Below, piece after piece: positions 7,641 to 17,257 of a DNA stretch of 32,000 bases; position 1 is the first letter of the stretch; each line of letters begins with the position of its first letter. The notes beneath the pieces are model-generated. The model was not told the origin of the DNA and searched no databases. It saw nothing but the letters and a program-made list of their open reading frames with translations. The translations under genes and the position numbers were made by a program. Source of the stretch: Ferroglobus placidus DSM 10642. GTDB lineage: Archaea; Halobacteriota; Archaeoglobi; Archaeoglobales; Archaeoglobaceae. The stretch covers positions 600,001 to 632,000 of the forward strand of contig NC_013849.1 of the NCBI RefSeq assembly GCF_000025505.1. Reading direction: 5' to 3'.

Positions 7641-7858
7641 TCGAGCTTTTCCTCTACTAACCTCCTTATTCTTCTTTTCGGCAACTCGTTCTCGCACACT
7701 GGAATGACGTCAACGTAATCTCTGTATATAGTTCTCATCCAGGTGCCTATGTAGTGGATGTCGTCAAAGCAAACTGGCTTTTTGCAGATAGTACACCTCC
7801 TCCAGCTAATCCCCTCTTCATCCTCTTTGAGCTCTCTTCCGCAAGAAACGCACTTCAT
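7637..7858 (-). CDS. Small zinc-ribbon/RING-like protein
   Basis: 73 aa with CVSCGRE...CTICKKPVC...CEN cysteine pattern. ATGA junction with trmY. Confidence 0.75.
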   Translation of the reverse strand: MKCVSCGRELKEDEEGISWRRCTICKKPVCFDDIHYIGTWMRTIYRDYVDVIPVCENELPKRRIRRLVEEKLE

Positions 7859-7862
7859 ACCA

Positions 7863-8252
7863 TCACCTCATGAGTTCTGGATGCTTTGCTAAAACCTCCA
7901 CGAGGTCGCTTGCTGTGAAAATTCCGGCCACTTCCCCCTCCTCTGCTATAACGAGCCTCCTTATCTTCATCTCAGCCATTATCTTAGCCGCCTCTTTCAC
8001 GCTGTAATCTGGCGAGACTGTGATTAGGGGAGTTGTAGCGTATCTTCCGACTTCCCTCTCCAAGCCGTCGTCGGGAAACACTTTCGAAAGCAAATCTCTT
8101 TCGGTGAATATTCCGTAAATTTCCCCGTTTCTCGAAACAAGAACGCTTCCTACTCTTTTCTCACCCATTATCCTGCAGACTTCCGAAACTTTAGTTTTCT
8201 CGTCGACGACGACGAGGTCTCTCTTCATAACTTCTCTAAGCTTCATATACAC
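7863..8252 (-). CDS. CBS-domain pair protein
   Basis: Two CBS repeats: VMKRDLVVVDEKTKVSEVCRIM...GSVLVSRNGEIYGIFTERDLL and TPLITVSPDYSVKEAAKIMAE...RLVIAEEGEVAGIFTASDLV. Confidence 0.93.
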   Translation of the reverse strand: MYMKLREVMKRDLVVVDEKTKVSEVCRIMGEKRVGSVLVSRNGEIYGIFTERDLLSKVFPDDGLEREVGRYATTPLITVSPDYSVKEAAKIMAEMKIRRLVIAEEGEVAGIFTASDLVEVLAKHPELMR

Positions 8253-8298
8253 TTGTTTCTCGAAACAGTTTTAACTTTTTTCAAATTAGAATACTGCT

Positions 8299-9153
8299 GT
8301 GAAGATAATCCCCTTAGCTTTCGACTCCTTCGGAGCGAGAAGTATGGCTACCTTCGTCTCCTCAAAAAACGTCAGAATAATCATCGACCCCTCTGTAGCT
8401 CTCGGTCCGAGGAGATACGGTTTACCTCCCCACGAAAAGGAGATAAGGAGGAAGGAAAAGTTGTGGGAGAGGATAAAGAAGTACGCCGGAAAGGCTGAAG
8501 TTGTCGTCATCACTCACTACCACTACGACCACCACAACCCGAACGATGCGGAAGTCTTTAGGGACAAAGTCGTTTTAATAAAAGATCCGAGGAATAAAAT
8601 TAACAGGAGTCAGATGGGAAGGAGCGCTTTCTTTATAAGCCAGATTAAGGATGCAGCAAAGGAAATTGTCGTGGCTGACGGAAAAGAATTCGAATTCGAG
8701 GATGTCGCTTTAAAGTTCTCCAAACCGGTTCCCCACGGCACAAATGATAGGCTTGGATATGTTCTCGAAGTTCTCGTTGAGGAGAAAAAGAGATTTCTTT
8801 TTACGAGCGACGTCGAAGGTTTATCCCTCGACGAACAGTTGGAAGAAGCTGTTAAGTTCGATCCGGATGTCGTTTTTGCCGACGGACCTATGACGTATAT
8901 GCTGAACTACCGCTTCTCGCAAAAGAGCCTTGAAAAGTCTATAGAGAACCTCGTGAAGCTCATGGAGAAAACGAGGGTTAAGAAGCTCGTTTTAGATCAC
9001 CACCTCACGAGGGATTTGAAGTGGAGGGAGAGAATGAAGGAGGTTTTCGAGAAGGGTGAGGAGTTGGGAGTAAAGGTTATGTCGGCAGCGAATTTTGCCG
9101 GAGTTAAGGAGAACTTGCTTGAGGCGAGGAGGAAGGAGCTCTATGAGGGTTAA
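8299..9153 (+). CDS. MBL-fold protein, UPF0282-like
   Basis: VVITHYHYDHHNP metal-binding motif, KPVPHG, FTSDVEG, LDHHL. Confidence 0.88.
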   Translation: MKIIPLAFDSFGARSMATFVSSKNVRIIIDPSVALGPRRYGLPPHEKEIRRKEKLWERIKKYAGKAEVVVITHYHYDHHNPNDAEVFRDKVVLIKDPRNKINRSQMGRSAFFISQIKDAAKEIVVADGKEFEFEDVALKFSKPVPHGTNDRLGYVLEVLVEEKKRFLFTSDVEGLSLDEQLEEAVKFDPDVVFADGPMTYMLNYRFSQKSLEKSIENLVKLMEKTRVKKLVLDHHLTRDLKWRERMKEVFEKGEELGVKVMSAANFAGVKENLLEARRKELYEG

Positions 9154-9838
9154 AGTGGGTTGCTGCGGATTTTGCATGGCAATGAACAAATACTTCTCCG
9201 AGTTTAAACTCGTTGAGGTGCAGAAAACTTTTTATCAGCCTGTGAGCGAAAAAACGGCTAAAAGCTGGAGAGAAAAGGCTCCGGAAGATTTCGAATTCGC
9301 GGTGAAGGCTTTTCAAAAGATAACTCATCCTCCGAACAGTCCGACTTACAAAAAATATAAGGTGGAAGCTAAGGACTGCGGCTTCTTCAAGCCTAACGAT
9401 GAAGTCTTCGAAGCTTGGGAAGTGACTCGAAAGGTTGCGAAAATTCTAAAAGCTAAGGTAATCCTCTTCCAAACTCCGAAGTCCTTCGTTGAGAGTGAAG
9501 AGAACGTGAAGAACATGAGGGAGTTCTTCAACTCGATAGAGCGGGAATTCGTATTCGTCTGGGAGCCGAGGGGATGGAGTGAGGAGAAAGTTAAGGAGGT
9601 TTGCGAGGAGCTCGATTTGGTTCACTGCGTTGATCCTTTTGTGGCTAAGCCGACTTACGGAGAAATAGTTTACTTCAGATTGCACGGTTCTCACGAGAGA
9701 ATGTACAAGCATAAATACACGGACGAGGAGCTTTTATGGCTTAAAAACCTCTGCGAAAGCTACGATAAAGAGGTCTACGTTCTCTTCAACAACGTTTACA
9801 TGTGCGAGGATGCTAAGAGGTTTGCTCAATTATTCTGA
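9143..9838 (+). CDS. DUF72 domain-containing protein
   Basis: VKVGCCGF...FSEFKLVEVQKTFYQP...EDFEFAVKAFQKITH...YFRLHG. Start trimmed to ATG 9143. Confidence 0.88.
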   Translation: MRVKVGCCGFCMAMNKYFSEFKLVEVQKTFYQPVSEKTAKSWREKAPEDFEFAVKAFQKITHPPNSPTYKKYKVEAKDCGFFKPNDEVFEAWEVTRKVAKILKAKVILFQTPKSFVESEENVKNMREFFNSIEREFVFVWEPRGWSEEKVKEVCEELDLVHCVDPFVAKPTYGEIVYFRLHGSHERMYKHKYTDEELLWLKNLCESYDKEVYVLFNNVYMCEDAKRFAQLF

Positions 9839-10520
9839 GAATTTCTTCGAAAACCTCCGAAGCTCTTCCCCTCACGAAAATATCCACTATTGGCGTTATA
9901 GCCGACTCCTCCACGTTAACCTCAGCCACTTTGTTTCCGGCTTTCTTCGCTATTATTGGCAGAGAGGCTGCCGGCTGAACTACTCCAGAAGTTCCTACGA
10001 CGAGAACGTCGTATTTCTCCACGAGCTCTATCGATTTTTTCAAAGCATCTTCGGGCAAAGCTTCTCCGAACCAAACAACGTTCGGTCGCATCATCGAGCA
10101 GCAGTAGGGGATTTCCTTTATCGGCTTTTCGAACCTAACGATTCTTCCGCAAACTTCGCACCTCGCTTCATCTATCCTTCCGTGGAGGTGTATTACGTTT
10201 TTAGATCCAGCCCTCTCGTGGAGGTTGTCGACGTTTTGGGTTATAACAGCCTTTACTATTCCCATCTCCTCAAGCTTCGCTAAAGCTAAATGAGCTTTGT
10301 TCGGCTTAGCGTTAAAGACTTTCTCCATTCTCCACATGTACCACTCCCACACGAGCTTTGGATTTCTCCTGAAAGCTTCAGGGGTTGCCAATTCTTCCGG
10401 CTTGTATTTGTTCCACAACCCGTCCTTTCCTCTGAAGGTTGGAATTCCGCTGTCTGCTGAAATCCCGGCTCCGGTTAAAACAACTACCTCGTTGTCCTTC
10501 AAAAATTCCCAGAGCTTCAA
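9813..10520 (-). CDS. Sir2-family NAD-dependent protein deacylase
   Basis: VVLTGAGISADSGIPTFRGKDGLW, ITQNVDNLHERAG, ELHG-like HLHGR, Zn cysteines CEVC..CC. Preferred start is TTG at 10520 (stop of cas6 overlaps as TTGA) rather than the track Met at 10598. Confidence 0.92.
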   Translation of the reverse strand: MKLWEFLKDNEVVVLTGAGISADSGIPTFRGKDGLWNKYKPEELATPEAFRRNPKLVWEWYMWRMEKVFNAKPNKAHLALAKLEEMGIVKAVITQNVDNLHERAGSKNVIHLHGRIDEARCEVCGRIVRFEKPIKEIPYCCSMMRPNVVWFGEALPEDALKKSIELVEKYDVLVVGTSGVVQPAASLPIIAKKAGNKVAEVNVEESAITPIVDIFVRGRASEVFEEILRIIEQTS

Positions 10521-11203
10521 GCTTTCACCATCCCGAAACCGAAAGTGTTTAGCTTCCCGAATCCGGTTTTGTAACCTAACTCCAATAGATTTTCGCAACC
10601 TTCAACTTGGAAAGCCATTTCCAAGCATCTTACGGCGCTATCGAAAACTCTTATCAGCTTCGGTTTGGCTTTTAGAATTCTCATTTCGAAGTCTTCTTTG
10701 TAATCGCATCCGAACTTCTCAGCCTTCCTCATCAGCCACTCCTTCATTTTTAAAAAGTATTTTTTCGAATTCGGGAATATGTAGTTCCCGTTCTCGCTAA
10801 CCGTAATTGGGGAGAGGGTGACGAACGTTTCTTTTGAGGAGATGCTTTTCTCTCTGAAAATCTTAACATCGTCGACGAAAAACCTTTTCTCCCCTATCTT
10901 TAAAGCGTACATCTTTTCCGCGTTGCTGTACAAAGCCTCTCCTACATCTTCGTGGATCGTGGAAAAGTAGAGCTCGACTTTGTCGGAGTCTATGTATATT
11001 TTGTCGTGAATTATAGCAAACCTTCTTTTCGGAATTAAGAGCTTGGAAAACGTGAAACAGTCTATTTCGTCGAATATCTTCTTTTCTAAAGAAGGATCCG
11101 CTGCGATGATGTTCTTGCACAGCCAAGTGGCTACGTGGTGGTTGTAGTTTATGCTTATTCCCTGCCTTTCGAACTCCGGAATTAACGTAATTTTTAGTCT
11201 CAT
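10517..11203 (-). CDS. cas6: CRISPR-associated endoribonuclease Cas6
   Basis: MRLKITL start, two-domain length of 228 aa, C-terminal glycine-rich loop ELGYKTGFGKLNTFGFGMV characteristic of Cas6. Confidence 0.85.
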   Translation of the reverse strand: MRLKITLIPEFERQGISINYNHHVATWLCKNIIAADPSLEKKIFDEIDCFTFSKLLIPKRRFAIIHDKIYIDSDKVELYFSTIHEDVGEALYSNAEKMYALKIGEKRFFVDDVKIFREKSISSKETFVTLSPITVSENGNYIFPNSKKYFLKMKEWLMRKAEKFGCDYKEDFEMRILKAKPKLIRVFDSAVRCLEMAFQVEGCENLLELGYKTGFGKLNTFGFGMVKA

Positions 11204-11250
11204 TTTAGTAATTACTTTTGTCTAATAAGTATAAAAAAGTTAAGCAAAGA

Positions 11251-12510
11251 TCAGACTTTCCTCGGATCGGTTATCTCTCCGTAAATGGCTGAAGCTGCAG
11301 CTGTGGCTGGCGAGCAGAGGTAGATTTCTCCTTCCGGACTTCCCTGCCTTCCTATGAAGTTTCTGTTGGACGTGGAAAGGCTAACCTCCTTGCTCGCTAT
11401 CAATCCGAAACTCCCTCCCATGCAGGGACCGCAGCTCGGAAACTCTACGATTGCTCCGGCTTCGACGAATATATCAATCAAACCTTCCTTCAACGCCCTT
11501 TTGTAGTGACTTCTCGAAGCGGGAATTACTATCAATCTGACTCCTTTCGCCACCTTCTCTCCTTTCAGAATCTCCGCAGCCACCTTTAAGTCTTCATACC
11601 TTCCGTTCGTGCAAGAACCTATGAAAACCTGATCTATCTTTACTCCCTCCACTTCGCTTACTGGCTTAACGTTGTCGACGCTGTGGGGGCAAGCTACCTG
11701 CGGCTCCAAGTTGCTTACGTCGAGAGAAACCTCTTTCCAGTAAGCGTCTTCGTCACTGTACAACCACTCCGGAATCTCGTAGTCGACTCCGATGCTTTTG
11801 AGGTAATCCTCGGTGACCTTGTCTGGAGGAATTATCCCGGTCTTCCCTCCCATTTCGATAGCCATGTTAGTCATCGTAAGTCTTTCTGACATCTCCATTT
11901 TTTCTATCGTGCTTCCAACAAATTCGCAGGCTTTGTAGTTCGCTCCATTCGCTCCGACCGTTCCGATTATTTTCAGGATCACGTCCTTGCTGTAAACCCT
12001 CCTCGGCAGTTTTCCGTTTATCTCGAATTTTATCGTCTCGGGAACTTTGAACCAGAGCTTTCCCAAAGCGAAAACCGCTCCCATGTCAGTTGAACCTATG
12101 CCGGTTGCGAAGGCTCCGAGGGCTCCGTACATGCAGGTGTGAGAATCTGCTCCTACCGCAAGCATCCCGGGGAGGACGTGTCCTTTTTCAACCATGATCT
12201 GATGAGCAATTCCCTCTCCAACATCGTAGAGAAGAATTCCCTGCTCTTTAGCGAATTTTCTCAGCATTTTGTGGTTTTCAGCAGCTGCAACGCTATCAGC
12301 TGGAGCTTGATGATCGAAAGCGATAACGATTTTTTTAGGATCCCAAACCTTAGCTTTCTCCCCGGCAATCTCCCTGAAAGCTTTTATGGCTAAAGGACCG
12401 GTTATATCGTGAATCATCGCCACGTCTATCTCTGCGAGGACGAAATCTCCAGCTTTAACGTCTTTTCCGCTTTTTTCGCTGAAAATTTTCTCGGAGAGAG
12501 TTTTACCCAT
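11251..12510 (-). CDS. leuC: 3-isopropylmalate dehydratase large subunit / homoaconitase family
   Basis: [47 protein letters not shown] motifs. Confidence 0.92.
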   Translation of the reverse strand: MGKTLSEKIFSEKSGKDVKAGDFVLAEIDVAMIHDITGPLAIKAFREIAGEKAKVWDPKKIVIAFDHQAPADSVAAAENHKMLRKFAKEQGILLYDVGEGIAHQIMVEKGHVLPGMLAVGADSHTCMYGALGAFATGIGSTDMGAVFALGKLWFKVPETIKFEINGKLPRRVYSKDVILKIIGTVGANGANYKACEFVGSTIEKMEMSERLTMTNMAIEMGGKTGIIPPDKVTEDYLKSIGVDYEIPEWLYSDEDAYWKEVSLDVSNLEPQVACPHSVDNVKPVSEVEGVKIDQVFIGSCTNGRYEDLKVAAEILKGEKVAKGVRLIVIPASRSHYKRALKEGLIDIFVEAGAIVEFPSCGPCMGGSFGLIASKEVSLSTSNRNFIGRQGSPEGEIYLCSPATAAASAIYGEITDPRKV

Positions 12511-12568
12511 GGGAAAGAAAATTGAGTGATGAAATAAAAACGTTGTCGTTATTCTCGATTCGAAAGCA

Positions 12569-12961
12569 TCAGGCGATAACGATCTCGACCTCTCTTATCT
12601 CCCCTTCGAGAACGAAAGCTCTTATCTCTTCCCTCGACACGATCACCCAAACTCCCGGGAAAATCTTCATTCCGGAAACGTCTTTTGCCGAAGGGTAAGC
12701 TTTCCAGAAAGGATGCGTGTGCCAAACTCCCACAACCTCTTTACTTACGCTTTCGGCGTGCTCAAAAATTTTCAAAGCTTCTGCTGCGTCAAGCTCGAAT
12801 TCACTCGTTGAAGATTTAACGTTTCTAACCTCGTAAACTTCATCGACAAAATAGTCTTCTTCTTTTTTCCCCAAAAGAAGCCCGCATCTTTCTATCTCGT
12901 TCCCCTTCGGTTTCACCGAATTCAAGAATCTGTAAATGTTCTCCGTCACTATCAGCTTCAA
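12569..12961 (-). CDS. JAMM/MPN-domain metalloprotease-like protein
   Basis: [10 protein letters not shown] ... [17 protein letters not shown] gives E and HxHPx(5)PSxxD. Preferred start is TTG 12961 overlapping the TGA of the upstream gene (TTGA). Confidence 0.88.
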   Translation of the reverse strand: MKLIVTENIYRFLNSVKPKGNEIERCGLLLGKKEEDYFVDEVYEVRNVKSSTSEFELDAAEALKIFEHAESVSKEVVGVWHTHPFWKAYPSAKDVSGMKIFPGVWVIVSREEIRAFVLEGEIREVEIVIA

Positions 12962-13155
12962 AGAAGAACTCTCCTCTCCCTTCCTATCTGCTCCTGTCTC
13001 CTCATCCACTCTGCCTTCCACTTCTGATAGCACGCTTGGCTGCAAAAACTTCTTGGCTTGTTGTTGCAGCAGGTTTTGACTATCACAGCTTCTCTTATTA
13101 TTTTGCCGCAGACGAAACACCTCTCTCCCGCTTTAGCGTTGATTTCCATCGGCAT
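12958..13155 (-). CDS. Small zinc-finger (TRASH/MYM-like) protein
   Basis: 65 aa: CFVCGKII...CC....RSFCSQACYQKW. Confidence 0.75.
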   Translation of the reverse strand: MPMEINAKAGERCFVCGKIIREAVIVKTCCNNKPRSFCSQACYQKWKAEWMRRQEQIGRERRVLL

Positions 13156-13165
13156 ACAGATCTCT

Positions 13166-14266
13166 TTAACGCTGTGAAGTTATAAGCTTAACGCTCCTTT
13201 CGAGTTTTGAAATAACATCGTAAGAGTGTTTAGCCATAAAGGCTCCAACTATTGAAGTTACGAGAACGACCAACGCTACAATACTCATCGTTTCGTCAGT
13301 TCCGTAAGCGTAGGCTAAGAAAATCGAAAATTCTCCCCTCGCTATCGTGTCGAATCCAATTTCCAATCCGGATTTTACGGATTTGTGTGCTGAGAGACCT
13401 ATAAGTATTCCAGAGATTACCTTTCCGAGGATTGCAATCAGGATAAAAACTATGACCGCTCCGGCGTTTATCGCCTTAACTTCAACGCTCGCTCCGAAGA
13501 AGAAAAAGAAGAGTACTATAAAAACGTCTTTGAACGGAGTTACGAATTTCTCGATCTCCCTTATTTTTGAGAGCGACGCTCCGAACATTATCGCAACGAA
13601 ACCCTCTGGAATTTCCAGAATTTCAGAAAACGTTATCGCAGCGGTGGCAATTGAGAAGGAAATTAGAAGGGGAACCTCGTCGTCCCTCGAAAATATTGGT
13701 TTGAAGTTGTGGGAGACTTTGTGGAGCAAATAGATAGCAAGAGTGAAGCTGAGTATCTTTAAGAAAAAGAGGGGAATTTCGTCAATCTTTGCGGAGCTGA
13801 AAATCAGAATGAAAACGAGTATCACGTCTTCAAACACCATAAGCCAGACAACTGTTTCAGCTTCTTTGAATATCAGCTTTCTGAACTCTACAAGGGAGTG
13901 GAGGACTATTGCGGAGCTGCTTATGTAAATGGCTGAGGCGATTACGAAAGCTTCGTAGTAAGAAAACCCGAGAAGAAGCGAAGCGAGAAAGGATAGGGAG
14001 AAGTTCGTAATCAGGTCGAAAATTCCGCTCACAAAGACGTTTTTAGATAACCTTTCGAAGTTTATGTGCAGTCCTATGTAGAAGAGAAGAAAGAGAATTC
14101 CCACTTTCGTCAGAAACTCCGTTATTTCGTCGACTTCGAATAAGCCGAATCCCGACTTTCCGAGAATTAGTCCGGCGATTACGTAAAGGGGAATCGAGGG
14201 GATTAGGTATTTCCTCGAAAATAAAGCTAAGAGGGCGCAGATGAAAGCTGCTAACGCTAATTCCAT
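13166..14266 (-). CDS. CPA2-type cation:proton antiporter membrane subunit
   Basis: About 11 hydrophobic helices; LIPSIPLYVIAGLILGKSGF, ISSSAIVLHSLVE, FDTIARGEFSIFLAY. Confidence 0.9.
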   Translation of the reverse strand: MELALAAFICALLALFSRKYLIPSIPLYVIAGLILGKSGFGLFEVDEITEFLTKVGILFLLFYIGLHINFERLSKNVFVSGIFDLITNFSLSFLASLLLGFSYYEAFVIASAIYISSSAIVLHSLVEFRKLIFKEAETVVWLMVFEDVILVFILIFSSAKIDEIPLFFLKILSFTLAIYLLHKVSHNFKPIFSRDDEVPLLISFSIATAAITFSEILEIPEGFVAIMFGASLSKIREIEKFVTPFKDVFIVLFFFFFGASVEVKAINAGAVIVFILIAILGKVISGILIGLSAHKSVKSGLEIGFDTIARGEFSIFLAYAYGTDETMSIVALVVLVTSIVGAFMAKHSYDVISKLERSVKLITSQR

Positions 14267-14740
14267 TCAGATCCCTAAGATCTCCTTTTCGAACTTTTTA
14301 ACTTGTTCGCTTTCGCCTATAACGAGGAGTACGTCTCCTTCCTTTATCACGAAATCTGGGCTCGGATTTACTATCGTCTTTTTGTCTCTTGACACTGCAA
14401 TGACCGTAACGCCAGTCTTTTTCCTTATCGCCAAATCCTTTATCGATTTCCCCGAAACCTTTTTCGTCGCCACGTACTTGTGAATATTGAGCCTTACATC
14501 AGCCATTGCGGAAATTTCGAATCCTTCTCTTTCCGTTTGAAGGATCGCTCCCGACAGTATGTTTCCAAGTTTTATCGCTTCTGTTTGACTTAACTCAATA
14601 ACACACGGCTTTGCGCATCCTTTTTCGAGAATGTAAATCTGTACTCTTCCGCTTTCCAAAAAGAGGATAGCTATTTTGTTCCCGCTTTCAGTCTCAAGCT
14701 CGTATTTTGTGCCTATCCCGGAAAGATCGATGGGTGTCAT
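14267..14740 (-). CDS. Antiporter regulatory subunit with TrkA-C domain
   Basis: C-terminal GKSIKDLAIRKKTGVTVIAVSRDKKTIVNPSPDFVIKEGDVLLVIGE, immediately upstream of the antiporter. Confidence 0.88.
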   Translation of the reverse strand: MTPIDLSGIGTKYELETESGNKIAILFLESGRVQIYILEKGCAKPCVIELSQTEAIKLGNILSGAILQTEREGFEISAMADVRLNIHKYVATKKVSGKSIKDLAIRKKTGVTVIAVSRDKKTIVNPSPDFVIKEGDVLLVIGESEQVKKFEKEILGI

Positions 14741-14827
14741 TTGATGGTAATTGGTTTCGGAAGTTTATCTCTTTTTCGATAACGTGTAGAAAAATCTTTA
14801 TCTACTGCAATTTTCTTCCAAAAAACG

Positions 14828-15160
14828 ATGAAAAAGCTGATCTTTCCCCTACTTGCGGTAGGATTAATCGACACGCTGTATCTGCTCTACATAAATTTTA
14901 ATCAGCAGATTTGCTTAGTTAACGCATGTTTGAGCGAATACAACCTTCTCTTCTCAATATTGGGCTTAGCTTGGTTCGCTTCGGGATTTTTCGTAATCCT
15001 GTTCGATAAAAAATCGATAAAAGTGGCTTGGGCTATTTTGGGCTTTGCTGGAATAGCTTTCTTCGTTTCGCTGATGGTCGTAGAGAGTTACTTCTGCCCG
15101 TATTGCTCTCTCGCCCACGTTGTTGGTGGAGCAGCAGCCATCATATCTCTGAGAACTTAG
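14828..15160 (+). CDS. Vitamin K epoxide reductase (VKOR) homologue
   Basis: Four hydrophobic segments, CLVNAC loop cysteines and the redox motif ESYFCPYCSLAH. Confidence 0.88.
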   Translation: MKKLIFPLLAVGLIDTLYLLYINFNQQICLVNACLSEYNLLFSILGLAWFASGFFVILFDKKSIKVAWAILGFAGIAFFVSLMVVESYFCPYCSLAHVVGGAAAIISLRT

Positions 15161-15200
15161 CGAAAACTTTTATTTTTCCTTCGAGAAACCGGTAATTTGC

Positions 15201-15671
15201 ATGCTCAAGAAAACGATAGCAGCAGTATTTAAATCGAAGGGCAAAAGGAAGATGAAAAAGTCTGAGCTGACCTACACTCTCTCCTTCGACTTGAAGTGGT
15301 TCTCCCACGAAACAAGCAAAGAAGTCGTCGAATTGGCTCAAAAAAAAGGTTTGCTTAAAGGAGATGATGAGCTCGAGCCGAATTTCGATGTTGATGAAGT
15401 TGAAGTTGAACCGGATTTCAAACCCGATGTTAACAAAATCAAATCCTCCTCCCTCCTCGACGAAATCGTCGACTACCTTGCGGCAAATTTGGGAATGAGC
15501 AGGCAGGAGGTTATAGCTGAGCTTAACAGAAAGCAAATTGAATTCGGTAACGTTCTCGATCTGGAGGTTGTGGCTTTAATTTACGCAAAGGAGAGGGGAT
15601 TGAAGGTAGAGGAGTATGTTGACAAAGTTTGGGAGGAAGTTAAGAATAGCTGGAGAGGCTCTCAAGTATGA
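15201..15671 (+). CDS. DUF2240-like protein
   Basis: KKSELTYTLSFDLKWFSHETSKEVVELAQKKGLL... domain pattern. Confidence 0.65.
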   Translation: MLKKTIAAVFKSKGKRKMKKSELTYTLSFDLKWFSHETSKEVVELAQKKGLLKGDDELEPNFDVDEVEVEPDFKPDVNKIKSSSLLDEIVDYLAANLGMSRQEVIAELNRKQIEFGNVLDLEVVALIYAKERGLKVEEYVDKVWEEVKNSWRGSQV

Positions 15672-16251
15672 GGACGTTCTGATAATCGCGGACTTACACC
15701 TCGGTTTGACTGAGAACGTTGAGGATATAAAGAGGAAAATTTTGGAGTACGCTGAAAAGACGAAAGCTTCTTCAGTTATCGTAAACGGGGATCTGAAACA
15801 TATAGGGCTTTTTGGGGTAAAAAGGGCGGAAAAATTCGTTAACGATTTAAAAGAGCACGTTGATGTGTTTTTGATTCAGGGGAATCACGATGCAAACTTG
15901 AAGGAGCTCGGAACTGAAAAGTACTTTTACGATGGAAACTTAGCGGTTTTTCACGGTAACGTTGAATACAAAGTAGATTCGGACACTTTAGTTCTCGCCC
16001 ATTCCCACCCGGCTTACTTTATAAAAGATGTCGTTCACGGTCATAAGGAGAGAGTTTGGCTCGAAAGTGAATATGAGGGGAGAAACATCCTCGTTATGCC
16101 CACCTTTAACGAGCTTTGTAGCTCCACAGCTGTAAATCTTGAGAAACCAGCCGGTTTCATCTTTAAAAAAGTAAGGAAGTTCAGCGTCTATACAATTGAC
16201 GGAATCTATCTAGGAGAAGTCGAAATTCGGGAAGCTTGGTCTGTTTTATAA
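15616..16251 (+). CDS. Metallophosphoesterase (archaeal YkuE/MJ0037-like)
   Basis: DLHLGL, VNGDLKH, GNHD, LAHSHP motifs. Exact start uncertain. Confidence 0.88.
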   Translation: MLTKFGRKLRIAGEALKYEDVLIIADLHLGLTENVEDIKRKILEYAEKTKASSVIVNGDLKHIGLFGVKRAEKFVNDLKEHVDVFLIQGNHDANLKELGTEKYFYDGNLAVFHGNVEYKVDSDTLVLAHSHPAYFIKDVVHGHKERVWLESEYEGRNILVMPTFNELCSSTAVNLEKPAGFIFKKVRKFSVYTIDGIYLGEVEIREAWSVL

Positions 16252-17212
16252 TTTCTTCCATGAATCTTATGACCTCATCGTAGCTCCTCACGTCGACCGG
16301 ATACGGAACTCCGTCTTTTCCTCCCAAAGCGAATGAGAACTTGGCGGGATCTTTTTTGTCGTATTCAGCGTCGTAAATCAGCTCTGAAATCAGTGCGAGA
16401 GCTCTCATAGCACCTTTACCCAATCCCCTTACGAGAAGGAGATCTTCGAAATTGTCGATGTAGCAGTTTTCGAGAACTCTCCAGTCTATTTTTCTTGGCA
16501 CTTTAAAACTTTCCTTATATCTGACGAGAGAAAGAAGCTTTCTGTAATCCCTTTTGAAAGTTCCATCTTTGACGATGTCTAATATCACCTTTCTCGCCTC
16601 ATCGCTATCCTCCGAAGCTAAATTCATAACTTCCTTCTCGACTCTCTCAGCGAAGATTCCGGAGTGCGGTTTTTCAATTTTCCAGTCGAAGGAAGAGTGG
16701 TGATATCTTCTTGCGAGCTTTTCCTTTTCATTCATTCCCTGCTGAATAACGCACCAATCCTTTCTTGTAAAAACGATAGCGTGGTGGTAAAGATCGTAGC
16801 CGTCTTGAAGCATAACGTTATCAACCTTTGCCACGAGCCTGCTAACTTTTTTCAGTTCTTCGAGTTTTTTCTCCCTTAAACCGAGTTCTTCTCCGAATTT
16901 CTCAATTTCTTCTGGTGTTTTTAAGGCGTTATTACCTTTTCCTCCGGCAACTCTAACTTCAAGATCCGATTCGTTCAGAGCGGCTTTAAGAACTCCGGTC
17001 AAAACTGTTGTTGAGCCGGAAGAGTTCCAGTCGAAGCCGAGAACGTTCGAAAGGCTCTGGAAGAATATCGGATCTGAAAGCCTTTTAATCAACTCGTTAT
17101 AGCCGAATTCATCGACGATAATCCTGACTATCGGATAGCAAAGTTTTTTCATTCTGTTTAGGAGCCAGTAGGGTGCTTTTCCGTGGTGGAGCGGGAGGTA
17201 TATCGATTTCAC
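16181..17212 (-). CDS. DUF763 domain-containing protein
   Basis: LPLHHGKAPYWLLNRMKKL...AGGKGNNALKTP...DGYDLYHHAIVF...KPHSGIF. Confidence 0.88.
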   Translation of the reverse strand: MKSIYLPLHHGKAPYWLLNRMKKLCYPIVRIIVDEFGYNELIKRLSDPIFFQSLSNVLGFDWNSSGSTTVLTGVLKAALNESDLEVRVAGGKGNNALKTPEEIEKFGEELGLREKKLEELKKVSRLVAKVDNVMLQDGYDLYHHAIVFTRKDWCVIQQGMNEKEKLARRYHHSSFDWKIEKPHSGIFAERVEKEVMNLASEDSDEARKVILDIVKDGTFKRDYRKLLSLVRYKESFKVPRKIDWRVLENCYIDNFEDLLLVRGLGKGAMRALALISELIYDAEYDKKDPAKFSFALGGKDGVPYPVDVRSYDEVIRFMEEIIKQTKLPEFRLLLDRFRQLYRR

Positions 17213-17257
17213 AGAAAGAGTTGTTCAAAAAAAGATGTAAATTTTGCGGTGTGAAAA

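Noticed and set aside
9810-10283. 157-aa plus-strand ORF antisense to sir2
   Set aside because: Sir2 motifs are clear on the minus strand and this frame has no supporting features.
9813-10520. Sir2 as a defence-system (Thoeris/DSR-like) effector
   Set aside because: It is a compact classical deacylase with Zn cysteines and no fused or adjacent defence-type partner other than cas6.
10297-10800. 167-aa plus-strand ORF across the sir2-cas6 junction
   Set aside because: Covers the coding regions of both supported genes in antisense; no domain resemblance.
9813-11203. CRISPR array near cas6
   Set aside because: I looked for regularly spaced 24-37 bp repeats around cas6 and across intergenic regions and saw none; there is also little non-coding space.
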